From positions 1 to 37,910 of IMG/VR virus record IMGVR_UViG_3300011971_000004: DNA of 37,910 nucleotides; one strand, written 5' to 3'. Origin of the DNA: a virus. Lineage: Duplodnaviria > Caudoviricetes. A program made the translations under genes and the position numbers. Each line of letters starts with the position of its first letter. Within the stretch, counting starts at the first letter, position 1. This document shows positions 7,760 to 16,841 of the stretch, piece after piece. The notes under the pieces were generated by a model that saw only the letters and a list, made by a program, of their open reading frames with translations, ran no database searches and was not told where the DNA came from.

Positions 7760-8661
7760 GTAACAATGAATTCGAATTATCCTTACAGAAGTCAAGCCCA
7801 CAGGCCCAAAGTACAGCCGTCCAAACCACAGTAGGAAGACATACCCAGGACATTCAGGGTCTAGTATTTATGGCTAAACAATACCCGCGTAATCAATTCG
7901 ATTCGTGGAAGAGGATCAAGGAGGCATGTTCTCGCAAAACATTGGCCGAGGTAGCATCTTACACTTACCCGCGAGGCAATGACAGTATCACAGGTCCATC
8001 AATCAGGCTTGCTGAGGTCCTGGCGCAAAATTGGGGCAACATGTCCACTGGTGTAATCGAGCTTGAACAGAAAAATGGAGAATCCACCTGTATGGCCTTT
8101 GCTTGGGATCTCGAAACTAATTTCAGGGATGAGAAGATATTTACGGTGAAACATGAGCGTTGGGTTAAGAACTTCAAAACCAAGAAGCTCGAACCCAAGA
8201 AGCTAGAAGATCCGCGCGATATTTATGAGCTAGTGGCCAATATGGGGGCGCGCAGGAAGCGAGCTTGTATATTGACTGTAATGCCAAGGGATGTAATTGA
8301 TTCAGCCATCGAGGAGTGTGACAAGACATTATCCGGCAACAATGCAGAACCAATCGCTGACCGCATAAAAAGGATGTTGGATAAATTCGCAACTTATGGC
8401 GTAACTCGCGAAATGGTTGAAAAGAGAGTTGGGCGCAAATCTGATTCCTTCACAGAGAAGCATATGCTTGAACTATTTAAGGTTTTTAATAGCATGAAGG
8501 ATGGCATGGGTAAGCCAGAAGACTATTTTGAGGTGGGTAAATCCCCTGCTCAAGAAAGCGAAATCGATGCCGAATTTAGGGCAGCGCAAGAGCTTAAGGC
8601 CGAGAGTTTGAGGCTAGACGCTGAGCTTGCAGCCAAGGAGGAAGCTGATGCAGCTAAATAA
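7756..8661 (+). CDS. Putative single-strand annealing/recombination protein
   Basis: Conserved-looking YPRG..ITGPSIRLAE..AQNWGN motif; position between ATPase and nuclease. Confidence 0.55.
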   Translation: MSNNEFELSLQKSSPQAQSTAVQTTVGRHTQDIQGLVFMAKQYPRNQFDSWKRIKEACSRKTLAEVASYTYPRGNDSITGPSIRLAEVLAQNWGNMSTGVIELEQKNGESTCMAFAWDLETNFRDEKIFTVKHERWVKNFKTKKLEPKKLEDPRDIYELVANMGARRKRACILTVMPRDVIDSAIEECDKTLSGNNAEPIADRIKRMLDKFATYGVTREMVEKRVGRKSDSFTEKHMLELFKVFNSMKDGMGKPEDYFEVGKSPAQESEIDAEFRAAQELKAESLRLDAELAAKEEADAAK

Positions 8662-9436
8662 AAGTAATTACTTTTCGCGGGAGGCCGAGCATGAATTCAT
8701 GTCTCGGTCCCAGTACAAAGGATTCCTTGAGTGTGAGGCTAAACAAGTCGCTAAGTTAAACGGTGAGTGGGTTGACGAAGTTGGTATTGCGTTAATGGTC
8801 GGGAGCTACGTGCATTCATGGAATGATAATTCCAGAAGTGAATTCATTGCCGAAAATCCTGGTATGTTCAAGAAAGACGGGTCGCTCAAGGCTGAATATA
8901 TAGGCGCAGACAAGATGATTGAATGCCTAAGAAAAGACGATTTCGCGATGTATTGCCTAGAAGGTGTGAAAGAGCAGGTAATGACGTTTGAAATGTTTGG
9001 GTGCTGGTGGAAAATCATGCTTGACGTACAGAACAATGAGCGCCGGAGGATAGTTGACTTAAAGACCACGCGCAGCATTACTGAGAAAGTTTGGGATGAG
9101 GAAACACGTAAAAAAGTATCTTTTGTTGAGGCTTATCAGTATCCGTTACAATCCGGTTTATACACAGAGGGCGAGAGGATATTCATGGGTAGGGCACCCG
9201 GAGATTGGTCAGAGTTTTTGATTGTGGCCGTTTCGAAGGAAAAATCGCCAGACAAGGCGATTATTAATATGACCGATCATGAGCGATTGGTTGAGGAGCT
9301 TGGCAAGGTTGAGGCGAATATGGCGAGGATTATTGCGGTGAAGGCTGGGATTGAGGAACCGATTAGGTGTGAGGATTGTGATTATTGCAGATCGACTAAA
9401 GTCTTAACCAAGGCAATCCATTATTCAGAGTTATAA
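8648..9436 (+). CDS. PD-(D/E)XK exonuclease (DUF3799/RecE-like)
   Basis: NYFS..MSRSQYK..CEA, IVDLKT, YPLQ..LY, C-terminal CxxCxxC. Confidence 0.85.
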   Translation: MQLNKSNYFSREAEHEFMSRSQYKGFLECEAKQVAKLNGEWVDEVGIALMVGSYVHSWNDNSRSEFIAENPGMFKKDGSLKAEYIGADKMIECLRKDDFAMYCLEGVKEQVMTFEMFGCWWKIMLDVQNNERRRIVDLKTTRSITEKVWDEETRKKVSFVEAYQYPLQSGLYTEGERIFMGRAPGDWSEFLIVAVSKEKSPDKAIINMTDHERLVEELGKVEANMARIIAVKAGIEEPIRCEDCDYCRSTKVLTKAIHYSEL

Positions 9437-9453
9437 AGGAGTTTAAAATTGTA

Positions 9454-9795
9454 ATGAGCAACTCAAGTAAACCTTTATTAGACTCAGAATGGAAACCGGA
9501 GATTCATTATTGCGAGTTCAATAAGCACGAGTATTATGCCTTGATCGCGGTAAAAAAGACGCGACACTTTACGCAAGTTTACCAAAAAGCATATAAATTA
9601 TATGTTGAAATTGTGGCTGGCGAGAGTGTTAACGAAATTAAGCAAGAAGGTCTATTTGACGAATTAACAAAAGATCAAGCATCGCTTAAATTCATGCTTA
9701 TCGAAGAAAACCAAGGCAGAATCGTGAAGGAACTTGTTGAAATGTTTGAATCCATTGAGGACGCGGTTGTGTTGATTGATAGTTCTTTGATTTAG
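9454..9795 (+). CDS. Hypothetical protein
   Basis: 113 aa ORF with AAGGAG RBS. Confidence 0.7.
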   Translation: MSNSSKPLLDSEWKPEIHYCEFNKHEYYALIAVKKTRHFTQVYQKAYKLYVEIVAGESVNEIKQEGLFDELTKDQASLKFMLIEENQGRIVKELVEMFESIEDAVVLIDSSLI

Positions 9796-9831
9796 ATTTA
9801 GTAAATACCAACCAATAAAGCGGGTGCAGCA

Positions 9832-10662
9832 ATGGCAGACGTTCAAATCGACTCAGGTGAGTTTACGAGGATTGCAAATATCCTTCTTGAGAAATCCGCA
9901 CAACTTCACCTGAACGGTACCCAGTATTCAATCATCTTGACTGTGTGGAGATTTACCTATGGATTTCAGAGGAAAGAACACGATCTATCGATTACCTTTA
10001 TTGCTAATGCTACAGGAACCGTAGGAAGGGTAATCCGGAGGGAATTGAAAGTTCTCATTGACCGAAATATCCTTTTAGTCACAAAGCAAAGTACTAAGGC
10101 AGAATCCAGAATTTTGAAATTCAATAAGGATTTTGAGACATGGAATGAGGGGACTAAAAAGACCCCTCAAGAGCAGGGGACTAAAAAGTCCTCAGAGGAC
10201 CAAATGGTCCCCTGTGAGGGGACTAATCAGTCCTCTCAGGAGGGGACTAAAAAGACCCCTAAGAAAGAAAGTAAAGAAAACTTAAAGAAAGATATATATA
10301 TAGTCTTTCAACACTGGAATTCAAAGAAGATTATTACGCATAAAACACTCACTGATAAAATCGCAGGTCACATAAACGCGAGGCTTGAAGAAGGGTATTC
10401 GGTCGAGGAAATTATTGAGGCGATAGACAACTATCAGATTATCCTTACTGACAACATTCTTTACTTCTGGAGTTACAAATGGGGGCTGGGAGATTTCCTT
10501 GTTAGGGGGTTGGACAAGTTCAAGGGAGAGAGTGACCCATTTAGTAATTATGCAAACAAAACCAAAGGAGGAGCCAAGCATGGCAGCGGATCCAATGAAG
10601 TCGATAAGGGAAATCTTAAACCTTGGGAAACAGACCCCTACTGCATCGGACTCAAAAAATAA
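9832..10662 (+). CDS. Replication initiator (lambda O-like N-terminus)
   Basis: ADVQIDSGEFTRIANILLE...IILTVWRFTYGF...FNKDFETW; internal iterons. Confidence 0.9.
   Translation: MADVQIDSGEFTRIANILLEKSAQLHLNGTQYSIILTVWRFTYGFQRKEHDLSITFIANATGTVGRVIRRELKVLIDRNILLVTKQSTKAESRILKFNKDFETWNEGTKKTPQEQGTKKSSEDQMVPCEGTNQSSQEGTKKTPKKESKENLKKDIYIVFQHWNSKKIITHKTLTDKIAGHINARLEEGYSVEEIIEAIDNYQIILTDNILYFWSYKWGLGDFLVRGLDKFKGESDPFSNYANKTKGGAKHGSGSNEVDKGNLKPWETDPYCIGLKK
10148..10303. repeat. Replication origin: five ~20-bp iterons followed by an AT-rich tract
   Basis: AGGGGACTAAAAAGACCCCT-type repeats at ~10148, 10175, 10194, 10217 and 10241. Confidence 0.85.
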
Positions 10663-11416
10663 GTTCGGCACTTATTACACCGGCGCAAACTACAGCCTCA
10701 AGCCTATCGAAAAGATTCACAACTGCGATAAATGCCAGGACACGGAAATCGTAGTTGTAGGTCAAGATCCTCATGGGTTAATGATTTACGCTGAATGTAC
10801 TTGCAAAGCTAAGAAGAATGCTGAGAGGAAGTTGAAATCATCGGGACTGAAAGCTCAGCAGCTCAAATACACGCTTGACGGATATATCGTAAACCGTGAA
10901 AACAAAGAAATGTGGTTAGGTGTAAAAAGATATCTGAGAGCATGGCCTGAGCTACTCTATTCAGATTCAGAGTCTAAGGGGTTCTGCCTCGTTGGAAATG
11001 CTGGGATCGGTAAGACAATGTTAGCTTGCATCATCGCGAAGGACATGCTGGATAAAGGCATTCAGATTGTATTCGTTTCCTCTGCTGACCTGCTCGCCGA
11101 ATTGAAGGACGCAATGTTCAGCAAAAACGACGAGGGCATTGAAAAGAAGATGGATTATCTAGCAAAAGTGCAAGTACTGGTTTTGGATGATATCGGCAAG
11201 GAGAAGCCAACAGAGTGGGTCCAGAGTATGTATTACCGATTAATTGATATGAGGTACCGGAATAACTTGCTCACAGGATTCACGACCAATTATTATCCGA
11301 AACAGCTCGAGGAAAGATTGGGAGATTTCGGAGAGGCCACGGTGTCGAGGATTTTGGGAATGAGTAAGGAACATTTGCTTTATGCTAAGGATTTTGATCA
11401 TAGGACGACGAGATAA
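10580..11416 (+). CDS. DnaC/IstB-like helicase loader ATPase
   Basis: CxxC..CxC, Walker A GNAGIGKT, LVLDDIGKE, TTN; GGAGG RBS before ATG 10580. Confidence 0.9.
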   Translation: MAADPMKSIREILNLGKQTPTASDSKNKFGTYYTGANYSLKPIEKIHNCDKCQDTEIVVVGQDPHGLMIYAECTCKAKKNAERKLKSSGLKAQQLKYTLDGYIVNRENKEMWLGVKRYLRAWPELLYSDSESKGFCLVGNAGIGKTMLACIIAKDMLDKGIQIVFVSSADLLAELKDAMFSKNDEGIEKKMDYLAKVQVLVLDDIGKEKPTEWVQSMYYRLIDMRYRNNLLTGFTTNYYPKQLEERLGDFGEATVSRILGMSKEHLLYAKDFDHRTTR

Positions 11417-11422
11417 GGAGGC

Positions 11423-11827
11423 GTGATTGTGAAAAGAGAGATTAAATTCAGGGGTAAAAGGATCGACAATAGCGAGTGGGTTTATGGATGGCTAGTCGTA
11501 GAATCAAACGGTACAGCATGGATAAGTAGATATTTCCATAAAGGGGAATGGGAACAAGTAGATCCTGAAACGGTTGGGCAATTAACTGGACTTAGGGATG
11601 ATAGAACAATAAACGAATCAGACGTTCAAGATGTTTACGAAGACGACATTGTGCTTATTGTGGACGTAGGTGAACAGGGAACATCCGCGGTAACGTTCGA
11701 AGATGGACAATGGAGCGTTGAATACTGGGGAGAAAAAGAGGATTTATTTTACTTTATGGAGGAAGCCAGAGTTTGGGTTATTGGTAATATTCATGATAAT
11801 CCTGAATTATTGGAGGTGGAGAAATGA
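11423..11827 (+). CDS. YopX family protein
   Basis: REIKFRGKR..WVYG..VGQLTGLRD..VYEDDIV..VIGNIHDNPELLE. Confidence 0.9.
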   Translation: MIVKREIKFRGKRIDNSEWVYGWLVVESNGTAWISRYFHKGEWEQVDPETVGQLTGLRDDRTINESDVQDVYEDDIVLIVDVGEQGTSAVTFEDGQWSVEYWGEKEDLFYFMEEARVWVIGNIHDNPELLEVEK

Positions 11828-12363
11828 GCATCGAAGTAAAAGCCTGGAAATGCGAAAAGTGTGGTAAATATTATCTAAATAAAGCTGCCACTGATGATTG
11901 CTGCAAGGATAAACCAGAGGTAGAAATAAGGACTTGTCGAGTCTGTGGATGTGTGGTTGAAGGACACGGGGTTATATGCCAAATCTGCCTTGATCAAGAA
12001 CGCTTTACGAAGGCCAAAAAGGTCAAATACAGCGAGTACAAAGTAGGGTATCTATGGGATGAAAATACAGATAAGTACTTCGAGAACAAGGAAGCGCTTG
12101 AAGAAAAATATCTCGAAGATGCCGAGGACAGTGAGGACAAATTAATACCTGAATTTCCTACTTGGTGCTATGGATGTACGGAAACATTTTTCAGTATCGA
12201 CATTGATTCTGCTATCGAGAATGCGCTAGAAGACATGTATGAGGATTTTGACGAAATTACCGACGAGAAGGAACTGCAGGATTTCGTCAAAGCATGGAAC
12301 GCCAAGCAGAATGGAAAAACGTATAATGTCGATTACAAAACGGTGGTTTTGCTGAATGAATAA
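11824..12363 (+). CDS. Hypothetical Cys-rich acidic protein
   Basis: 179 aa, coupled ORF. Confidence 0.75.
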   Translation: MSIEVKAWKCEKCGKYYLNKAATDDCCKDKPEVEIRTCRVCGCVVEGHGVICQICLDQERFTKAKKVKYSEYKVGYLWDENTDKYFENKEALEEKYLEDAEDSEDKLIPEFPTWCYGCTETFFSIDIDSAIENALEDMYEDFDEITDEKELQDFVKAWNAKQNGKTYNVDYKTVVLLNE

Positions 12364-12727
12364 TCATAAAGAAAGCGACGAACAGCAAGCCCTCTTCCAG
12401 TGGGCAAAAATGATGCAAGGCCAATACCCAGAACTTTCCCTGCTCCACGCAATCGGCAACGGAAACGGAAAACGAAATGTGATTCAAGGGGCCAGGATGA
12501 AGCGCGAAGGGGTTTTGGCAGGGGTATCCGACATAATGTTACCAGTTGCGCGGAACGGATGGCATGGGCTATATGTGGAGCTTAAGGTTAAGGGCGGTAG
12601 ATTGTCAGATAGCCAGAAATGGTGGATAGCAGAAACGACCAAGCAGGGATATTTAGCGAAGGTTTGTTTTGGATGGGTTGAGGCTAAGGATGTCATTGAG
12701 AGGTATTTGGAGGAGGAAACAAAGTGA
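12356..12727 (+). CDS. VRR-NUC domain nuclease
   Basis: ESDEQQALFQWA..GVLAGVSDI..GLYVELKVKGGRLSDSQKWW. Confidence 0.9.
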   Translation: MNNHKESDEQQALFQWAKMMQGQYPELSLLHAIGNGNGKRNVIQGARMKREGVLAGVSDIMLPVARNGWHGLYVELKVKGGRLSDSQKWWIAETTKQGYLAKVCFGWVEAKDVIERYLEEETK

Positions 12728-13281
12728 CAAGGCATCATCTTAAAACGTGGACAGAACCTTTTCGGGCAACAAAATCAGGCCTTAAGCCATATGAATTACG
12801 CCTTAATGATCGAGATTACAAAGTTGGCGATACCTTGATATTGGAGGAATATTATCCTCATGACGGATCATACACTGGTGATCACTTGGAGAAAATAGTC
12901 ACCTATATATTGGGTGAACCATTTGTCCAGAAGGGATATGTAATCATGTCTGTAATTGATGTGGATGTGAATGATTCTATCTCCCTCAAGCGAATGAACG
13001 GACTAACTCCAATAATCGAATCATGTACTATGAAACTGATCGAAGAATTAGGTGAGCTCCTTCAAATCATTGGCAAGGGAAATCAAATGAGTGGGGAATT
13101 ACCAAGATTAAAGACAGGTGAAAGAAACCCTTTAAGACTAATCGAAGAAGCCTTTGACGTAGCCCAAAGCGCGGTAACGATGATTTATACTGTTGCGGAT
13201 AAGTGGGAAATATCGGTTGATGAACAGAGGATGCTACATGAGAAAAAGCTGGTAGAAAAGGGGTATATGTTAAATGTTTAG
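12724..13281 (+). CDS. DUF3850 (ASCH/PUA-like) domain fused to a MazG-like NTP pyrophosphatase domain
   Basis: HHLKTW..GLKPYELRLNDRDYKVGD.LILEEY, followed by KLIEELGELLQ...EEAFDVAQ. Confidence 0.75.
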   Translation: MTRHHLKTWTEPFRATKSGLKPYELRLNDRDYKVGDTLILEEYYPHDGSYTGDHLEKIVTYILGEPFVQKGYVIMSVIDVDVNDSISLKRMNGLTPIIESCTMKLIEELGELLQIIGKGNQMSGELPRLKTGERNPLRLIEEAFDVAQSAVTMIYTVADKWEISVDEQRMLHEKKLVEKGYMLNV

Positions 13282-13999
13282 GCCAATCTATGAGCCAAGG
13301 ACACGAGCTAAGGAATACTCTGATCTAGCAATAAACATCTATACCGGCTGTAATCATGGATGTTGGTATTGCTACGCTAAGAAGATGCATGATCGTTGGC
13401 ATCCGAATGAGGATTTTGCGAACGTTAAACCGCGTGAGGGAATCGTCGAAGCAACTAAACGGCAGTTATCGGGTGGTAAATACAAGGATAAAAAGATCAT
13501 GCTTTGCTTTACGTGCGATCCTTATCCAGCACTCATTGACACGATGCCTACACGAGAAGTGATCATGGCCATCAAAGAAGCGGGAGCCCACGTTCAGATA
13601 CTCACCAAGGGCGGGGATCGGGCGAGAAGGGATTTTGATTTACTTGGTTCTGGTGATAGTTTTGGAATAACACTGTCATGCTTATCGGATGATCTTGCAG
13701 AAATCAACGAACCATTGGCGGCATTGCCTAACGAAAGAATTGGAACACTTCAGAAAATATCAAAATTGGTTAATACTTGGGTAAGTTTTGAGCCAGTAAT
13801 TGAACATGGCGAAGTCTTGCAACTCATAGAACATATTCCAAAGGTAGTTTCAAGTGGAACACTTTTAAAAATCGGAAAACTAAATCACCACAAAAGCAAT
13901 ATCAACTGGAAAGAATTTGGCCTTGAAGCAGAACGAATCTGTAAAGAAAAAGGTTGGAACTATTACATCAAAGAGGATCTAAGGGCTGAGATGGAATGA
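13274..13999 (+). CDS. Radical SAM protein (SplB/SPL-like family)
   Basis: GCNHGCWYCYA CxxxCxxC motif, CDPYP, QILTK, WVSFEPV. Confidence 0.85.
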   Translation: MFRPIYEPRTRAKEYSDLAINIYTGCNHGCWYCYAKKMHDRWHPNEDFANVKPREGIVEATKRQLSGGKYKDKKIMLCFTCDPYPALIDTMPTREVIMAIKEAGAHVQILTKGGDRARRDFDLLGSGDSFGITLSCLSDDLAEINEPLAALPNERIGTLQKISKLVNTWVSFEPVIEHGEVLQLIEHIPKVVSSGTLLKIGKLNHHKSNINWKEFGLEAERICKEKGWNYYIKEDLRAEME

Positions 14000-14092
14000 C
14001 TAAAGAACAGATTAATTATTTAATCAAAATACTCCGAGAGAAGTACATTCCTATGGTTGACGTGAACGATCAGAAGAAAGGGGAATGAGGTT

Positions 14093-14431
14093 ATGGACAT
14101 TAAGTTATCGAAGCATATCTTGAGCAGAATAGAGAAAATCCATAGAAACATCGAAGAAAATGCTAAGTATGCAAAAGAAATAAACAAATGGCTTGAAAGG
14201 TTAGATCAAGAATTTAATGACCATGAATTGTATCGCTCTAATATTGTGAAAGGAGAAATCGTCAAGAAAGGAGATAAGGAATACTTAAAAGTAGATGGAC
14301 AATCCTTGGCTGAATCCCAAAAGGACGGAACATACTGCCATCAGATTAATGACTATGAGGATTGTTATCACGGAGAGTATTACTTCAGGATTGACGATGA
14401 AAGATTTTTACAGGTGTTCTATGATTGCTAA
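14093..14431 (+). CDS. Hypothetical protein
   Basis: 112 aa ORF, GAGG RBS. Confidence 0.65.
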   Translation: MDIKLSKHILSRIEKIHRNIEENAKYAKEINKWLERLDQEFNDHELYRSNIVKGEIVKKGDKEYLKVDGQSLAESQKDGTYCHQINDYEDCYHGEYYFRIDDERFLQVFYDC

Positions 14432-14451
14432 TCGTGGAAGGGTGATGCGAA

Positions 14452-14850
14452 ATGAATTGTCCTAAAGAGCTACGCCAATGCCCGAACGGGTGGACTGATT
14501 GCTCATTCTGTGCCAATAAGCAAAGGTGCGATGATGGAACGTATGAGCCAGAGCCAGAACCAGAGATAGAAGAGCACGAACTAGAGGTTGACCTAGGGAT
14601 TGTGATTGAAGTAGTCGAGGAGATACGACAAGAGAGTGTGCGCTGTACATGGGCGGAGAAGTTAAGCCAGATGTCCGAGGCTGAGCGATGGGCAGAGTAT
14701 CGAAGATTTAGGCCACCAAACTTACTAATCAAGGAACCGCTTACTTGTATGGGTGGACCATCTGCTCCAGGTGGAGGGGGAAAGGTTAAGACTAAGAAAG
14801 ACACTAAAGGGCATAAGCCAACTGCGTACAAATGGGGAGAATTCAAATAG
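14452..14850 (+). CDS. Hypothetical protein (Cys-rich N-terminus, basic C-terminus)
   Basis: 132 aa ORF, last gene of the early operon. Confidence 0.65.
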   Translation: MNCPKELRQCPNGWTDCSFCANKQRCDDGTYEPEPEPEIEEHELEVDLGIVIEVVEEIRQESVRCTWAEKLSQMSEAERWAEYRRFRPPNLLIKEPLTCMGGPSAPGGGGKVKTKKDTKGHKPTAYKWGEFK

Positions 14851-14867
14851 TTAAGCATATCATATAC

Positions 14868-14983
14868 TTGCAACGTTTGACAAGGTAGTGTATACTAGAG
14901 GTAACGGTTGTGCCCTGGACTATTTTTGGTCCAGGGCTACTTTCATGCCCAATCAGGCGCTCCATGAGGAGTGTCTTTTCTTA
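14868..14983 (+). promoter_or_regulatory. Sigma-A promoter followed by two hairpins
   Basis: TTGCAA-17-TATACT (14868-14896); GCCCTGGAC/GTCCAGGGC and GGCGCTCC/GGAGTGTC-TTTT hairpins. Confidence 0.55.
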
Positions 14984-14991
14984 TGCAGGAT

Positions 14992-15018
14992 GCAGGTATT
15001 CCTCTTTCTTTCGCGAAT
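14992..15018 (+). promoter_or_regulatory. SigH-like promoter
   Basis: GCAGGT-17-GAAT upstream of the moron at 15047. Confidence 0.55.
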
Positions 15019-15046
15019 CAGTAAAAGGTAGAAGGGGGAACCTTTA

Positions 15047-15532
15047 ATGGAAATAACGGCGTGGATAGGATTATTAAGTGCTGGAGTTGTTTTATTTAGC
15101 GGACTATTTGGGGCATGGCTTGGTGCTAAAATTCAGAATAAAGGGGCCATGGACGCGATAGGGAAGCAAATTGAAAAAGATGAAGAAAAAAGAGCAAAAG
15201 ATAAACGGGAACAGGATACATTTATTGGCCAAGTCATTACGAATTATTTATTATCCGAAATTGAGTGGAATTATAATATGCTGGATATATGGGGTAGCAA
15301 GGACTTGCCCATAGGACACAAGGTAGAATTAGGATATACTGAGTTTGAACAAGCAAAATATCTTATATTGAAGAATCCTAACGATCAGGTAAGACAAATT
15401 ATTAAACTTTACGGCTTGTTTAAGGATATACAAGCAGCTAATCCAGATAGGCGTGATCCTGGAAGATTAAAGATATTGAGCCAGATAATCGAACAAAAAA
15501 AGATAATTGAAGATTTAACAAAAATAATGTAA
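15047..15532 (+). CDS. Membrane-anchored hypothetical protein (moron)
   Basis: N-terminal TM helix with GxxxG; AT-rich; own promoter and terminator. Confidence 0.75.
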   Translation: MEITAWIGLLSAGVVLFSGLFGAWLGAKIQNKGAMDAIGKQIEKDEEKRAKDKREQDTFIGQVITNYLLSEIEWNYNMLDIWGSKDLPIGHKVELGYTEFEQAKYLILKNPNDQVRQIIKLYGLFKDIQAANPDRRDPGRLKILSQIIEQKKIIEDLTKIM

Positions 15533-15551
15533 GAGCCTTCGGGCTCTTTTC
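15531..15551 (+). terminator. Intrinsic terminator
   Basis: AAGAGCC-TTCG-GGCTCTTTT. Confidence 0.85.
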
Positions 15552-15582
15552 TTATGCCCGAATATAAGTGGAGGTGATCGCA

Positions 15583-15735
15583 TTGGCTAAAAGAAAGAAA
15601 ATAGAGTACGAACATAAATGTGAATCGTGCGGCTATATGCAACAACCAGATAAGGAACAGAGTAATGAGAATTGGACGGTTTATTTAACCACGTGTAGTA
15701 AGTGTGGAGGAAGGGTAAAGATGTCCATTATTTAA
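15583..15735 (+). CDS. Small zinc-ribbon protein (50 aa), absent from the ORF track
   Basis: GGAGGTGA RBS, TTG start, CESCG...CSKCGG. Confidence 0.7.
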   Translation: MAKRKKIEYEHKCESCGYMQQPDKEQSNENWTVYLTTCSKCGGRVKMSII

Positions 15736-15752
15736 TAAGTGGAGGTGCAGTT

Positions 15753-15932
15753 ATGGAGAAGGAGAACCGATCGTGCAAGGAACATAAGCCAAGGTACAAA
15801 GGCGCTCTGCCTAACTGCGCCACATGTAAGAGATATGTAAAGGGTAAGTTGGCTAATGATGATTACGAAGAGAGTATTGCGTTTCATGCGTTTGATCGGA
15901 TGATGCGGAGTAATCGAGGGGTTAGGATATGA
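15753..15932 (+). CDS. Hypothetical protein
   Basis: GGAGGTG RBS before ATG 15753. Confidence 0.6.
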   Translation: MEKENRSCKEHKPRYKGALPNCATCKRYVKGKLANDDYEESIAFHAFDRMMRSNRGVRI

Positions 15933-16048
15933 CAGGACCAACCATAACGGGGTGGATGTATCTGCATCCCTGGATGACGTTCTTTGTTCTGTTGGCGGTG
16001 GCTGATGGAGTGCCTTATCTGTTCGGGAAGAGACAGGGTAATGGCTAA
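15929..16048 (+). CDS. Possible 39-aa membrane peptide
   Basis: ATGA coupling upstream and overlap with the HNH start; hydrophobic WMTFFVLLAVA. Confidence 0.4.
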   Translation: MTGPTITGWMYLHPWMTFFVLLAVADGVPYLFGKRQGNG

Positions 16049-16358
16049 GGAATGGGCACAGAAGTTCTATAAGGGTAAGGCATGGAGAGAGTGCAGGAAA
16101 GCTTATATTGCTGGTGTGTATGGATTATGTGAGACATGTAGGAAGAATGGGTTGGTTAATCCTGGCAAGATATTGCACCATACGATATACCTAACACCGA
16201 TGAATATCAATGATCCTAATGCGTCCCTTAATCATGCGTTACTTAGATTCGATTGCCAAGAGTGCCACAATAAGGAGCACATGAGGGTTGATGATGCGGT
16301 TAGAGAGGGGTTAGCCTTCGATAATGAGGGTAACTTAATCCGGATATCCCCCCCATAA
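16041..16358 (+). CDS. Terminase-associated HNH endonuclease
   Basis: FYKGKAWRECR..GLCETC..ILHH..N..CQECHNKEH. Confidence 0.9.
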   Translation: MAKEWAQKFYKGKAWRECRKAYIAGVYGLCETCRKNGLVNPGKILHHTIYLTPMNINDPNASLNHALLRFDCQECHNKEHMRVDDAVREGLAFDNEGNLIRISPP

Positions 16359-16435
16359 AAGGTGGTGGGGGTCGTTTTCCTTGGACCGTAGGTTGAACCA
16401 TAAATACATACACAGGTCGCTCTATGAGGGGGTGT
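16340..16435. other. Candidate cos/packaging site region
   Basis: Non-coding C-run/G-run region between HNH and terS, the usual location in HNH plus HK97-type cos phages. Confidence 0.45.
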
Positions 16436-16439
16436 AGTC

Positions 16440-16841
16440 ATGGCAGAAAACGAGATAGACGAAGAAACAAAGAAGTTTCTTAAGATAGAAAAAGATGCAA
16501 GGATCAAGAAAGAAATAAACAAACTTAAACGCTTATTCAAGGATATGGATAAAAGCACAATGGACACCGTTTCTTCGCTTATTAAGAACGCTGCATTCAT
16601 GGCGATCACCCTTGATGACCTGCAAGAGACAATAAACCTCGAAGGGGCCGTGTCCGAATACAAGAATGGCGAGAATCAATTTGGCACAAAGAAATCCCCA
16701 GAGGTGGAGATTTACACCAGTATGATTGAAAAATATATGAAAGCAATCAAACAACTATCTGATCTGCTCCCGAAACAAGAACAAAAGCCCAAAAGCGATG
16801 GGTTCAATGAGTTTGTGGCGGGGCGTGAGGATATTGATTAA
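16440..16841 (+). CDS. terS: Terminase small subunit
   Basis: AAFMAITLDDLQETIN.EG...YKNGENQFG..KSP pattern; position. Confidence 0.85.
   Translation: MAENEIDEETKKFLKIEKDARIKKEINKLKRLFKDMDKSTMDTVSSLIKNAAFMAITLDDLQETINLEGAVSEYKNGENQFGTKKSPEVEIYTSMIEKYMKAIKQLSDLLPKQEQKPKSDGFNEFVAGREDID

Noticed and set aside
10148-10260. CRISPR-like array
   Set aside because: Repeats are nearly adjacent with 0-7 nt gaps and lie in frame inside the initiator gene; these are iterons, and no cas genes are present.
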